Positions 14,057-25,500 of a DNA stretch of 64,000 nucleotides are shown here, in pieces. The notes beneath the pieces were generated by a model. That model ran no database searches and was not told the origin of the DNA. It worked only from the letters and a program-made list of their open reading frames with translations. Position numbers and translations under genes: made by a program. Every line of letters starts with the position of its first letter. Within the stretch, counting starts at the first letter, position 1. The stretch comes from Blepharisma stoltei ATCC 30299 (Eukaryota > Protista > Ciliophora). Location of the stretch: the NCBI GenBank assembly GCA_965603825.1, contig CBFDEM010000023.1, positions 124,001-188,000 on the forward strand. Reading direction: 5' to 3'.

Positions 14057-14554
14057 AAAAAAAGACTAAAAAGTAGATCCCTTATAATTTCCTCGCCTCT
14101 GACAGCTAAAATTAAAAATAAAAATTATCATTAAATTAAAATGGCGATATAATTTATAGCTAATAAATATATTTCCATCCTTATTTTATGTAGACTAATA
14201 AAAGGCTAGATTTTTCTATTTGCTCTGATAAACTTTTATAAAACCATACTCGATGCATTTGAGATATAAAATTGTCAATTTTTCTTTCATGAAAATATTG
14301 CTTTAAAGAGAGCAAAAATATTAGAAAAACCTGAATTTCCTGAAATCAAACCTCCTAAGAGGTCAAATATTTTTGTAATATAATGCTTTTAAATCTAATT
14401 TTACAAAATAAAGCTTCTATATTGGTAAACTAGAAATGTTAGCATAATATATGAAAAGAATAATGAAGCAAATTATTATTCAATTTTTTTGGTTATTTTA
14501 TGTATTAAGCTTAAAGAAAGTTTATGAGACTAATTTCTATAGTCATGAAAGTAA

Positions 14555-16969
14555 ATGGATCTGTCCTCAACTAATTTCAACAACTATGACATAGAAGCCG
14601 CAAAAAGGAATGTAGAATGTGACTCATGACTATTTTTAGTGTTATATTTTATTCCAATAATCCTCTCATGTCTAATACCAGATGTAGAAGCTGCCCTAAG
14701 TTTTATTTTCTTTTTCTCTTTAATGGGTGCTCCTTATTGACTTACAGCTGTTTTAGGGTTCCTAGCCTCATCCAATGAGACGTCTTACACCAACTGCTAT
14801 TTCTGTTTCTTGAAATGCACATTTATTTACGTCACAATGGGTGTCGGCGGGTCAATACTTATTTTTCTTGCTCTATTGCTTTTAGTTTATGCTAATTATT
14901 CTCAAGGAAGTTCCTCCGTTGAGAGATTTGCATGAGCTTTACTTATTTTTATGTCATTTCTGAATATAATTTGGTGAAGGCTCTGAAGACATTATTTAAT
15001 CAAATGTGATCAAATACCCAACTACCTCTGCTCATGAAGAAAGCGCATATTGTGCTGATTCCGAAGGTGAAAGATAGCAAAAATCCTCAAAATCTAAGGC
15101 CGATCACTCTGATAAATGCTATATACAAACTGTTTGACAAATTGGTGGCTGAGAGACTACGCAGAGATATCACAGAAAAGAATATCATTCACCCTTCTCA
15201 AGCGGGCTTCATCTCAGGCAGAAACTGTACTGAGCACATCTTTAGCCTTCAAACCATAATAGCGCTCAGAGAAAAAATGTCAAAGCCAACGTATTGTGCA
15301 TATCTAGACCTAAAAAAGGCCTTTGACTCGGTACATAGAGATCTGCTTTTTAAAACAATGCTGGATAGAGGCATCGATTCAAAACTGGTTGCGATAATTC
15401 AAGAAATGTACAAAGACGAAAGCAGCTCAATCATCATAAATGGCCGTTTAAGCAAATGGATCAGTATAAACAAGGGAGTCAGACAAGGAGGCTGCTCATC
15501 GCCATTATGTTTTAATTTTATACCGAACGAGTTAGCCTGAGAATTAGAAAATAAAAAGCTTGGTGTTGCAATTCCTGGAGGGCAACGATTGGGCTTCTCC
15601 TGTATGCGGATGACGTAGTGCTAATTGCGGAATCATCGACACAGCTGAATAGGATGTGCATGGTAGTACAAGACTGGCTGAATCGATATAAACTTCTCCT
15701 AAATATTGCAAAATCGAATGTTGTTGTCTATCACTCCAGAGATAGACCGCGGATAGAAATCAATGGGGAAAGGCTCCAAGTCATAAATAGCTACAAGTAT
15801 CTAGGGTACCTGGTTGACAAGAGGATTGGAAACACTACACACTTAAAAGAGAGATTGGGGAAGATGAAAGCCTCTGTTGGAACATTCATGGGAATGCTGC
15901 ATGCAATGAAAGGCGTAAGGATAGAAAAGAAGAAGACGATAGCTAGAGCATGCATCAACACAGTCGCACTATATGGCACTGAAGTGTTTGCTACATCTGA
16001 GAACTACAACAGCGTTTTAGAAATGATGGAGCGGCTTCAGAGAAGGTATGCCAGAAGACTACTTGGAGCGCCCATGAATGCATGCAACGAGACTGTATTA
16101 AATGACGCAGACATAGTTAGCATTGAAACGGAGCTAGACAACAGATTGCTAGCGTTCAGATGTAGATTACAGACCAAAGGGAATGCGATCATCCAGGATT
16201 TACTACAAATTAATAAACAATGATTATTACCATGGGAAATAAGATGCAGAAAGGTGCAAGAAAAATACGGGCTGCCTGACGATGGTATCAATGATCATTG
16301 AAGTAAGATGAAAATGAGATCTGATGCCAAAAAAATAGAAAGAATGTCAACTGAAACATGAAAAACAACTGGATTATACAGGACTCTGATAGGAAGCGAA
16401 CCGAAGGATGGACTGCCGCTATATTTGCGGGGCACTCCAGCAATGAATGGAGCAACCAGCATAATTTTTGGATTAAGGGCAGGCTCAAACTTTACCAATC
16501 AGTGTAGATATACTAGGCACATCATTGACAGTCCTGATTGCAAATTCTGTGGAAAGCCGGTAGAAGATGAAGTACATGTAATTGAAGAATGTGAAGCATA
16601 TGAAGAAAGCAGGATAAAGATTACTGAATTTTTGAAGGGATTATTAAAGGATGACTTCTCATTGCTAAAATTGACAGAGATAGTTTTATACAGCTGAAGG
16701 CTTGAACAAGTCATGAAAAAGAAATGCTGAAGGGAAATAGAAGCTCTCAACAAAAATGTGAATGGCTTTTTTAAAGAAATCTTAGAAGAAACCTGTATTT
16801 CCAAAATCCAAATACATCAGGAAGACTAGAAACTAAAGCGCAATTCTTTACTCCGGCTGAAATAGAAATCGGAGGATATTCTCAATATTATCCTCAGCAA
16901 TATCCTCAACAATCTCATCAGTATCCTAATTTTAATCAAGGCAACTATGGAAGCATTAAGATGCCTTAA
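14555..16969 (+). pseudogene. Small multi-TM gene (paralog of 18285-18950) disrupted by the LINE fragment; halves 14555-14971 and 16781-16969
   Basis: MDLSSTNFNNYDIEAAKRNV...IFMSFLNII, then insert, then LRRNLYFQNPNTSGRLETKAQF...GSIKMP-TAA. Both halves are still stop-free. Confidence 0.9.
14967..16784 (+). mobile_element. Non-LTR (LINE-type) retrotransposon internal fragment: RT domain plus C-terminal CCHC zinc knuckle; truncated at both ends; one frameshift at ~15590
   Basis: Motifs LIPK..NLRPITL, QAGF..GR, YLDLKKAFDSV, GVRQGGCSSP, LYADD (YADD 15603-15614), YKYLG, C-x2-C-x8-H-x4-C (16539-16592). GC content is visibly higher than the flanks. No endonuclease, own stop codon, poly-A or TSD. Confidence 0.92.
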
Positions 16970-17077
16970 AATAGATAATAATGAGCTAAGCTAATAAGAA
17001 GATCAATAATTCTCTAGCTTTTAATATATTATTCTAAATACAATTATAATTATAAAATTAAATCTTAAATTTTATAG

Positions 17078-17187
17078 CTAAGGGATAGATTGCATAGGAA
17101 TATATTGTGGATAGGGAGCAAACTGATAATTTAAACTACAAAAATTATTTGGATGCAACTGAGAGAGCAATTCCAGCAAAGCTAATG
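17078..17187 (-). pseudogene. Relic 3' end (~36 codons) of the 19057-19629 gene
   Basis: Near-identical to 19057-19166 (LALLELLSQLHPNNF...QYIPMQSIP); similarity stops abruptly at 17187. Confidence 0.85.
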
Positions 17188-17401
17188 TCCACTGAGTATA
17201 AAAGTCTGACTCCATATTATTTCAATTTTTATATTTTAGAAATCAGAGGGAGTAATTGTTCTACAATTTTTTGAATAGAATCGAAACTCCAAATCAAGAA
17301 ATTAAGCACTAAAATAATTCTACTATATATATACTTTTTAAGATCTTTTATAATTAAGCTATAAAAGAAGCGTATGAGCACTATGGTGATTATAAACATA
17401 A

Positions 17402-17865
17402 ATGGATGATGTGCCCGCGCCTATTTTAAAGAATGCAAAAAAGGCAATATATTATTTTAATATATTCTTAAAATCAGAATTACATTGATTAAAAATAACT
17501 TTTCATTATAAATCTATATAAGATATGATGGGTTGATATTTTTAGTTACGTATTTTATTTCAGCTACTCTAGTAAGTCTTCTCCATAGTCCTCATATCCC
17601 TTTCAGTTTTATTTGGTATGCTCCCTACTTAATTATGGCTTTTTTAGCATTCCTTGCTTCATCAAACGAAATATCCTATATAAACTGCTATTGTTCGTCC
17701 CTTTGATGCATGCCTATCCTCTTCATAGGAAGTTTTATTTGGATATCGATGGAGTATTATCATCAGAATATACCTCAGAATATACCTCAGAATAATCTTC
17801 AGGATAAAACCCAAAAAGAAAACCCTTATAATATTCTCGCTTCTGAAGGCACTGAAATGACTTAA
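17402..17865 (+). CDS. Small TM-family paralog (130 aa after removing 17450-17520), interrupted by an IES-like insert and internally shortened
   Basis: MDDVPAPILKNAKKAI|RYDGLIFLVTYFIS...YAPYLIMAFLAFLASSNEISYINCY...QNIPQNIPQ...EMT-TAA. Aligns to AKRNVECDSWLFLV.YFIP and APYW..LGF.ASSNE in the paralog; the upstream region is also homologous. Confidence 0.75.
17448..17520. mobile_element. Putative retained internal eliminated sequence (IES), 71 bp TA-to-TA
   Basis: Very AT-rich insert bounded by TA at 17448 and 17519, with inverted TATAT ends. Excision leaving one TA restores frame and gap-free alignment to paralogs. No GT-AG. Confidence 0.72.
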
Positions 17866-18284
17866 AATTAAAAATAAAAATATTATTTAAATTAAAATGC
17901 CTATATAATTTATAACTAATAAACAGATATTTCTATTTGCTCTGATAAAATTTTATAAAACCATACTGGATACGTTTGAGATATACAAATTGTCAATTTT
18001 TCTTTTTGTGGCATGAAAACATTGCACTACATCACCAGCTAAAGAGACCAAAAATATTAGAGAAATCTGAATTTCCAAAAGCAAACATCTTAAGAGAGTA
18101 AATATTTTTGTAATATAATTTTTTAAATCTAATTTTGCAAAATAAAGTTACTATATAAATAGAAATGTTAGCGTAATATATGAAAAGAATAGCGAAGCAA
18201 ATTAGTATTCAATTTTTTAGTTATTTTATGATTTAAGCTTTAAAGAAAGAGTATGAAGATTAATTTCTATAATTATAAAAGGAA

Positions 18285-18950
18285 ATGGATCTGTCCTCAA
18301 CTAATTTCAACAATTATGACATAGAAGCCGCAAAAAGAAATGTAAAATGTGACTCATGACTATTTTTAGTGATATATTTTATTCCAATAATCCTCTCATG
18401 TCTAATACCTGATATAGAGGCGGCCCTAAGTTTTATCTTCTTTTTCTCTTTAATGGGTGCTCCTTACTGACTTACAGCTGTTTTAGGATTCTTCGCCTCA
18501 TCCAATGAGATGTCTTTCACAAACTGTTATTCCTGTTTCTTGAAATGCACGTTTATTTACGTCACAATGTGCATTGGCGGGTCAATACTTATTTTTCTTT
18601 ATCTATTGCTTTTAGTGCTAGCTAATTATTCTCAAGCAAGTTCCTCCCTTGAGAGATTTGTAGCATCTTTACTTGTTTTTATGTCATTTCTGGCCATAAT
18701 TCACTCAGCTTGTGCATTTACTCTGTGATTTTTTGCGAACAGACGTGCAAACCGCTTAAAGGATTTAATACTAAGAAGAAACCAGTATTTCCAAAATCCA
18801 AATACGTCAGGAAGACTAGAAACTAAAGCGCAATTCTTTGCTCCGAGTGAAATAGAAGTCGGAGGATGTTATCCTCAGCAATATCCTCAACAATCTCATC
18901 AGTATCCTTATTATAATCAAGGCAACTATGGAAGCGTTAAGAAGCCTTAA
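18285..18950 (+). CDS. Small multi-TM protein with Q/Y/P-rich tail, 221 aa (intact copy)
   Basis: ATG 18285 to TAA 18950 open with TGA=Trp; about 4 hydrophobic segments; tail YPQQYPQQSHQYPYY. Confidence 0.88.
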
Positions 18951-19056
18951 ATAGATAATGCTTTTTAATAATTAACCAATATAGTAAGCTAAGAATCAAC
19001 TAATATATTATTCTAAATACAATTATAATTATAAAATTAAATAGAGGATTTTATAA

Positions 19057-19629
19057 TTAAGGGATAGATTGCATAGGAATATATTGTGGAGAAGATGCAA
19101 ACTGATAATTTAAACTACCAAAATTATTTGGATGCAACTGAGAGAGCAATTCCAGCAAAGCTAATGAATGTCTATATGATATATAAGTTAGTCCTAAAGT
19201 AATTATTGATACAGCCATTATAACCCCAAATACAAATAGCATAAATGATTGCAGTCCTATATTAGTTCCACAAGTATCATACATTTCTTCTGTGCATTCA
19301 AAATTAATAACATTCATCAAAAAATAAGCGGCTATCAAAAAAGAGACAAAACCTATAATTCCTTCTGCATATGACGCAAAATATAATATTTTTTTATATC
19401 TCTCGAGCTTTTTTAAATCATTATTTTGTAAAGCTTCTAGAGCTAAACATCCTAGCAAAGGATAAATGAAAAATAAACCTGTAAAACCTTCTAAGCCTTC
19501 CATGCCTAGAGTGCAGAAAATAATGACAGCAGGAATTATATAAATGATTAAAAATATAATTCCTTCAAATCTGACCCTTCCTTGGTATTTCTTTATATCA
19601 GCATCGAGACAAATACTGTTATGATCCAT
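19057..19629 (-). CDS. Small 4-TM protein, 190 aa, distant member of the same family
   Basis: MDHNSICL start after an AT-rich leader; RVRFEGIIFLIIYIIPA motif; four hydrophobic helices; QYIPMQ tail. Confidence 0.85.
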   Translation of the reverse strand: MDHNSICLDADIKKYQGRVRFEGIIFLIIYIIPAVIIFCTLGMEGLEGFTGLFFIYPLLGCLALEALQNNDLKKLERYKKILYFASYAEGIIGFVSFLIAAYFLMNVINFECTEEMYDTCGTNIGLQSFMLFVFGVIMAVSIITLGLTYISYRHSLALLELLSQLHPNNFGSLNYQFASSPQYIPMQSIP

Positions 19630-19906
19630 TTTGTTTATTATTATATCTTGTTGTTTTATTAAATAATTCAAATATTTATTCATTCTCAAAAAATATCTAT
19701 TAATTTCTCAAAATTAAGGATTTTTCTCTTCAATCTTACATATTTAAAAGGTTCCATATGCCTTTTTAATAAATTATTTTTCTCAACACTATAAATTTAC
19801 TAAAATTATTTACATTATTTCTCAGTTATCTTATTTTATGATTACATTTAATATCTCCTTTCGCTGCTTAAAAGTGATATTTCCAGCCATATTATAATTT
19901 CTGGGT

Positions 19907-20527
19907 ATGGGTATCTCACGTGATTCTCGACACAAGCGTAGGAAGACCGGGGGTCGTATGCCAATTCACAAGAAAAAGCGAGCTTTTGAAAAGGCCAGAC
20001 AGCCAGCTATGACTAAGCTTGGCCCAAAGCGTATTCACCCAGTCCGTGGCCGTGGAGGAAACCTCAAATATAGAGCCCTTCGTTTAGATGCAGGCAACTT
20101 CTCATGGGCAAGCCAAAACGTGACCATTAAAAGCCGTATCCTCTGGGTTGTTTACAATGCAACCAATAACGAGCTGGTAAGAACCAACACCATCACCAAA
20201 AATACCATCTTAGAAGTCGACGCAACCCCATTCAAAGCATTTTTCTATAAGACCTATGGACAAGACCTCGGAAAAGTCAAAAAAGAAGAAACAGCGACGA
20301 GGTCAGCCAAGGCCCAAGAAAAATGGGAAAAAATACAAAAAGAATGGGAAGAAAATGCTAAGGAGAAGAGAATTGACCCTACTTTGGAAAGCGATTTTAA
20401 GACTGGAAGACTGCTAGCTTGTATTACTTCAAGACCTGGGCAAAGTGGAAGAGCTGATGGGTATATTTTGGAAGGAGAAGAGCTAGAATTTTATAAGAAG
20501 AAACTTGAAAAGAAAAAGACTAAATAA
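19907..20527 (+). CDS. RPS8: 40S ribosomal protein S8 (eS8)
   Basis: [47 protein letters not shown]. Confidence 0.98.
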   Translation: MGISRDSRHKRRKTGGRMPIHKKKRAFEKARQPAMTKLGPKRIHPVRGRGGNLKYRALRLDAGNFSWASQNVTIKSRILWVVYNATNNELVRTNTITKNTILEVDATPFKAFFYKTYGQDLGKVKKEETATRSAKAQEKWEKIQKEWEENAKEKRIDPTLESDFKTGRLLACITSRPGQSGRADGYILEGEELEFYKKKLEKKKTK

Positions 20528-20629
20528 GGTAAATTCTTATAAAATTTAATAAATAGCAAAAATTCAATAGTGAATTCTATTATAATTTCTTACAATTATT
20601 GAAATATAACCGTGTTTATCAATAAGGAA

Positions 20630-21190
20630 CTACGATTCTGATGGGTATGGTTGCATTTGGATATATTGTGCAGTGCTTTCTGAAGACTCTTGGATTATAG
20701 GATCAGAAACTGGTGGCATTTGTAGGATCATTGTTTTTAAAGCTGAAACATGAGTATCAGTGATATGAGAGAGGCAAAATAATCCAAAAAAATATCCCAT
20801 TATGAGACAAGGATTGACAGTTTTCCCTTGAGGGCTTATTGAGATCTCCCACTCACTTGCATAATGATGATCCCTAGAAATAAATCTTAAAAACTCAAGA
20901 CATAATCCTAGTATAATAAATATCGTGATATATTTGAGTACTCTAACATAGATTCCAAATAATGATATTCTCAAAATATTTTCTGTTTTAGATACCCTAA
21001 AGCCAACTATACCTAAAATAAAAATTGGGGAGAATATAATTAGATAAAGCAATAAAATCTCTTTTTGGAGCAAACAAGTGAAAAATATCGAAAATGCAGC
21101 AAAAAATCCTAAGTAAAATAGTGATTCTCGCATGATTATCCTTCTCAATTTTTCTATAACATGTAAAGTAATATTCTCGTTTATATCCAT
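20630..21190 (-). CDS. Small 4-TM protein, 186 aa, same family
   Basis: Open ORF ending TAG; hydrophobic helices; QYIQMQPYP tail similar to the 19057 gene. Confidence 0.8.
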   Translation of the reverse strand: MDINENITLHVIEKLRRIIMRESLFYLGFFAAFSIFFTCLLQKEILLLYLIIFSPIFILGIVGFRVSKTENILRISLFGIYVRVLKYITIFIILGLCLEFLRFISRDHHYASEWEISISPQGKTVNPCLIMGYFFGLFCLSHITDTHVSALKTMILQMPPVSDPIIQESSESTAQYIQMQPYPSES

Positions 21191-21418
21191 TTTATTTTTA
21201 ATTAATTAAGAAATTCAATTGATAGTTTGCATTTTCGCATTATTGATAAAGCAAAATATATATTCAAACTATCCTTAATTAATTCCATAAATAAATTCTT
21301 ACTATTTTTAATTGATGAAAATCAATATTTAAATTTTAATCAAATTTATCTATATGTATAAATATTAAACAAATTATTTAAAGAAATAAATTATTTCTTC
21401 GTTCTATCTACAAACTCC

Positions 21419-21901
21419 TTATGACCCTCTTTTATTTTCATCAAATTTCTTTGGTATCCCAAACCTTCGATTAACTATTTCCTTTATAATCTCCTTTTGC
21501 TGATTTTTATCAATAGTCCCTGCAAAGCTTCTTCTTTTTCAATAATCAATTGATTTTTCATCTTTTTTTGGCAGAGAAGTTTCATTTTTTCTCTCCATAA
21601 CATTCTGGCTCTGTTGGGCAAGAATTGGTGCACTGAACAAAAATGCAGTCTCTATGTCACTTTTTCTGTTTAAACCAGAATAGCTGGTTGATCTAGGCCG
21701 CGGAGATTCTGGGGGAGATTTTCGTGTAGAAGAGGGTTCGTTGGGAATTGTGCTAGTCAAAATGCTGTTAGTGTGGGAAAGAATGCTTATATCGTCGAAA
21801 GTGTCTGTGTCTTTGAATTTGAAGTCCAGCGCTACTAGCTGGCTGTTAGGACTTAGTTGGTAGAGGTCTTTAAATTCTGGTTTGCATTCGCAGCAGCCCA
21901 T
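21419..21901 (-). CDS. Hypothetical protein, 160 aa, N-terminal MGCC acylation motif
   Basis: ORF 21539-21901 extends through TGA to TAA 21419. Confidence 0.75.
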
Positions 21902-22540
21902 TTGTTATATTTAATAGTGATTTAAAAATTCTCTAAATATTCTTGAATTAATGTCCTCAAATTTGTATGGCTAATTGGATTTTAATTATTGGGTATTTTT
22001 CAATACAAGTAACTGTTGGAAGGAGAAGCTATTTTGAATTTTCATCATAATTTTAATTTCAATAATTAATTTACATATCAGATCTATTTTTAACTGATTT
22101 ATTTGAGTTTAGCCATAGTCAAAACTGGATTATTTATTTGTTTAATATTTTATAAGTTTCTATATAATAAAAATTTGTGATATTATAAGATAGGAACTTC
22201 CTTAATTTGGTGCCATATTCAAAGCAAATTATGCATGATTTAAACTTTGAAATTATATTATCTGCCTTTTCGGCATAAACTTTATATCAATAGCATTTAT
22301 TTTTCTTAAAAGGAATTTTCTTGCAAGAATTTAAAAAGTATTTTGGATCATTTTTATATATTTTTCAAGGATTGTAAAATAATACCGATTTAAATGCAAT
22401 TTTTAATTTATCCAAAACTGACTAAAAAACTCATAACATTATCAAAGTTCTTTTACATTATATTTTTCTAAGTTTCTGTTTTCTAATTTACTTGAAATAA
22501 CCTCACCCCATTTGATTTCTTGATCAAAAAAAAACTTATA

Positions 22541-25500
22541 ATGAATATTATTCCTTTACTGTTTTCCTTTGCCCTTGCATCTGTTATTGAGCTTCCAATT
22601 GGCTTGATCACATCTCCATCTACTGACTCCTCGCTTACCTCAAAATTGATAACTGATCTTGAAGGACTCGAAGTAAACATCCAAAACTCACTTTCACTGC
22701 CTTTTAAAGTTGTAGTCATTTGGTCTTACATTGACCTTTTGACACAAACTGATGTGACTACGTGAAGAATCCCTAAGGAATTCCTAGACAAAGATATCAA
22801 AGTTATCATCGATGCCGCTAATGATTCAATCTACTCACAGTTTTTAACATATACAGCTATCCAAAACAACTACTTGCATATGGTTGTAGCTCGCCCGATT
22901 GACGAAATTAACGGAGAAACCCCTAGCTCTAATACTTTATTTTTAGAAACTTGCTATGACTCCCAAGCATATGCATTTTTAGACATCATTAAAAATTTCG
23001 GGTGGTCAAACATTGGGCTGGTCTATGACCAAAGTAGCAATAATGTAATTTTGGCAAATACTTTTAAAGATAATTATGATACTACAGCCATGAACATTTT
23101 AGACGAGATTGTTATCGACGCAAACGACAAAACGTCTTCTACTGATCTCACAACAAGACTGGAAAGCACTACAAGAGACTCCGGCGCCAGAGTAATTCTA
23201 GTCTTCACCAATCCTGTCCTTGCCGCACAGCTACTCCATTCAGCTGATGAAAGTGTTATGGGAGGCTCCGGGTATGCATGGATTTTAAACAGTGACGCCA
23301 TGATCGATATAGCCGAAATCGCCCAAAATTCTCACGCTGACGTCGATTCCACCACTTTTGGAGTCCTAAAAACTGGAGCTGTGGGCTTTATAGAAGAAGA
23401 CGCTGATTATCATACTGAGGACATTTTAGCTACATTTAGAGCTGCTTTGACATTGATATGTCAGGGATATGTAAAATTAGGCTTCCCGAGTGTCCCAGTA
23501 TCCTCAATTTCAGGGTCAAGTCTTTGGGCTTATATGGTATCGAACCCAACAACCCCAACCTTGCCTTATCGACTGAATTTTGACTCAACTGGGGTGAAAA
23601 AGTCTTATTACGAAATTTATAATATGGCAGATTTTCATTTGTCAAATATAGGTTATTGGAGTCAAGATACCAGAAAAATCGTGATTACAGCAGGTTCTGG
23701 AGAAATACAGTGGCCAGGGTTTTCTACGTCGGTTCCTAATGATAAAGTCCCGATTATCCAGATTGGGCTTTTATACCCTGGGCATGATTCTAATGGAAAT
23801 ACATATGCAGATGGCCAAACTATAATAAATGGGTTCGAATTAGCAAGAAAAGAAATTAATGGGGACCATCTGCTAGGTGACTACCAAATAAACGCAGTCC
23901 TCAAAGACACTCTTATGTCCCCCAGTCTGGCAGCTGTAAATATAAAATCCCTAGAAAAAGAAAATATTTTAGGCTATATCGGCCCACTTACCTCAACAGA
24001 AGCACTTTCTTATATTACAGCCATCTCTTCTACAGCTGATCCAAAACCATTAGTTTCCTATGGTGCTACTTCTGCAAATTTAACGTCTTCTGAAACTTAT
24101 TCTAGCTTTTTACGCACAATCCAACCAGATGGGCTACAAGCTGTAGCTATTGCTATGTTTATTCAACAGCAAGGCTGGAAAAAAATTTGTGTCATATATA
24201 CTAATGACGATTTTGGAAATGGCGTTTATAGCAGCTTTATTACTAATGTGGAAACACTAGAAATCACTATTATTAATGATGAAGATAAAAGATCTATATC
24301 TCCAGCTGTGGATGGGGTTGTTACTGATGATACTAAAAGTGATATAGATGACGCATTGGCTAATTGTGTTAGACACCAGCTTAAAGTTATTGTTTACCTA
24401 GGCAGTGATAATGTAGCTGCAGAAGTGGCTAAGGTCGGCTATGAGAAAGAACTCCATGGAAGTGATTATGCTTGGATCGGTGCTATGTGGATTACTGACA
24501 ACCTTGTGAGTATAATTTCAAAAAATTATAATGACTCTGCTTCTGACATCTACGAAGTCGTTAATGGAGGAATAGGCCTTGGCTTTAGTCCAGCTTTGAC
24601 TACAGGAGCTGGCCCAGAATTTGTAGCGAATTATAAGTCAAATTATTCAGTGACCTATACAACGTATGCTATGCTTGCCTATGACACTTTATACCTCTAT
24701 GCGTATACTATCCAGGGTATGATATCAAGAGGCGAGGATTTTAATAATGGAAAAGAGCTTATGGACGCTCTGAGATCAGCTGATTTCACAGGTGCAAGCG
24801 GAAAAGTCAAATTTTCGGAAGGGACTAATGACAGAAGTGCATATGGGTATTCAGTTGTAAATGGGCAAAAAGGGAAAATCGTGACTGTAAAACTGTACGA
24901 TCCACTGAATCCTAATATGTTTACTGATGTGTCTGATACTACTATTGTGTGGGGAGGTGGGTCGAGCTCTCCTCCATCTGATGAATGGTCGTCTAATTAT
25001 GATTGCCCATTTGCTAAAAATATGGTCACTATTTCTATGGATGGGGTCATCATTGTTATCTGTATTGGTACATTCCTATTTTTCATGACATTAGGGCTGA
25101 GTATTTTTTCTTTCAGAAAATGGCGACAGGTAGAAATCCAACAAATCACTGAGCCAGTTGTGAGAAGCTGGAAAGACACATTGGTCCAGGCAACTATTTT
25201 AATCGAGTTTTTCCAATTTGTGGCTATTGCTCCAACTTTTGAGTCGCTTAAAATTGTGATAGATGCTGCCTCGAACATTTTTATGGTCGATTTCATGAAG
25301 GTCGCTAATGCAGGGAAAAGCACTTATTGGACTATGTTATCCGTTGTGTGCTCTTTATGCTATTTATGGTTTTTCCTTGTCATTTTAATTATGGCTAATG
25401 CCGAGCATTGGCTTAAACAAGTCCCATTCTGTCAAAGAACTTTAGCACTCCTCAATGCTGCTTATCTCCCATTTTTCGGTAATACAATGTTCTTGCCGTT

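Larger units (their letters stand above)
14060..17187 (+). repeat. Local duplication copy A of ~17805-19166, interrupted by the LINE fragment
   Basis: 14060-14971 matches 17805-18701 and 16781-17187 matches 18771-19166, including intergenic DNA. Confidence 0.9.

Noticed and set aside
14555-15100. In-frame fusion of the host TM gene to RT (domestication)
   Set aside because: Host and RT frames differ; the host frame stops at a TAA near 15095.
15034-16697. RT as part of a retron, DGR, group II intron or telomerase system
   Set aside because: Motifs and the C-terminal CCHC knuckle are non-LTR type; there is no template/variable repeat pair with A-specific mismatches, and the context is eukaryotic.
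17764-17800. Short tandem repeat CAGAATATACCT as CRISPR-like or regulatory array
   Set aside because: Only ~2.5 units with no spacers; encodes the QNIP tail of the TM gene.
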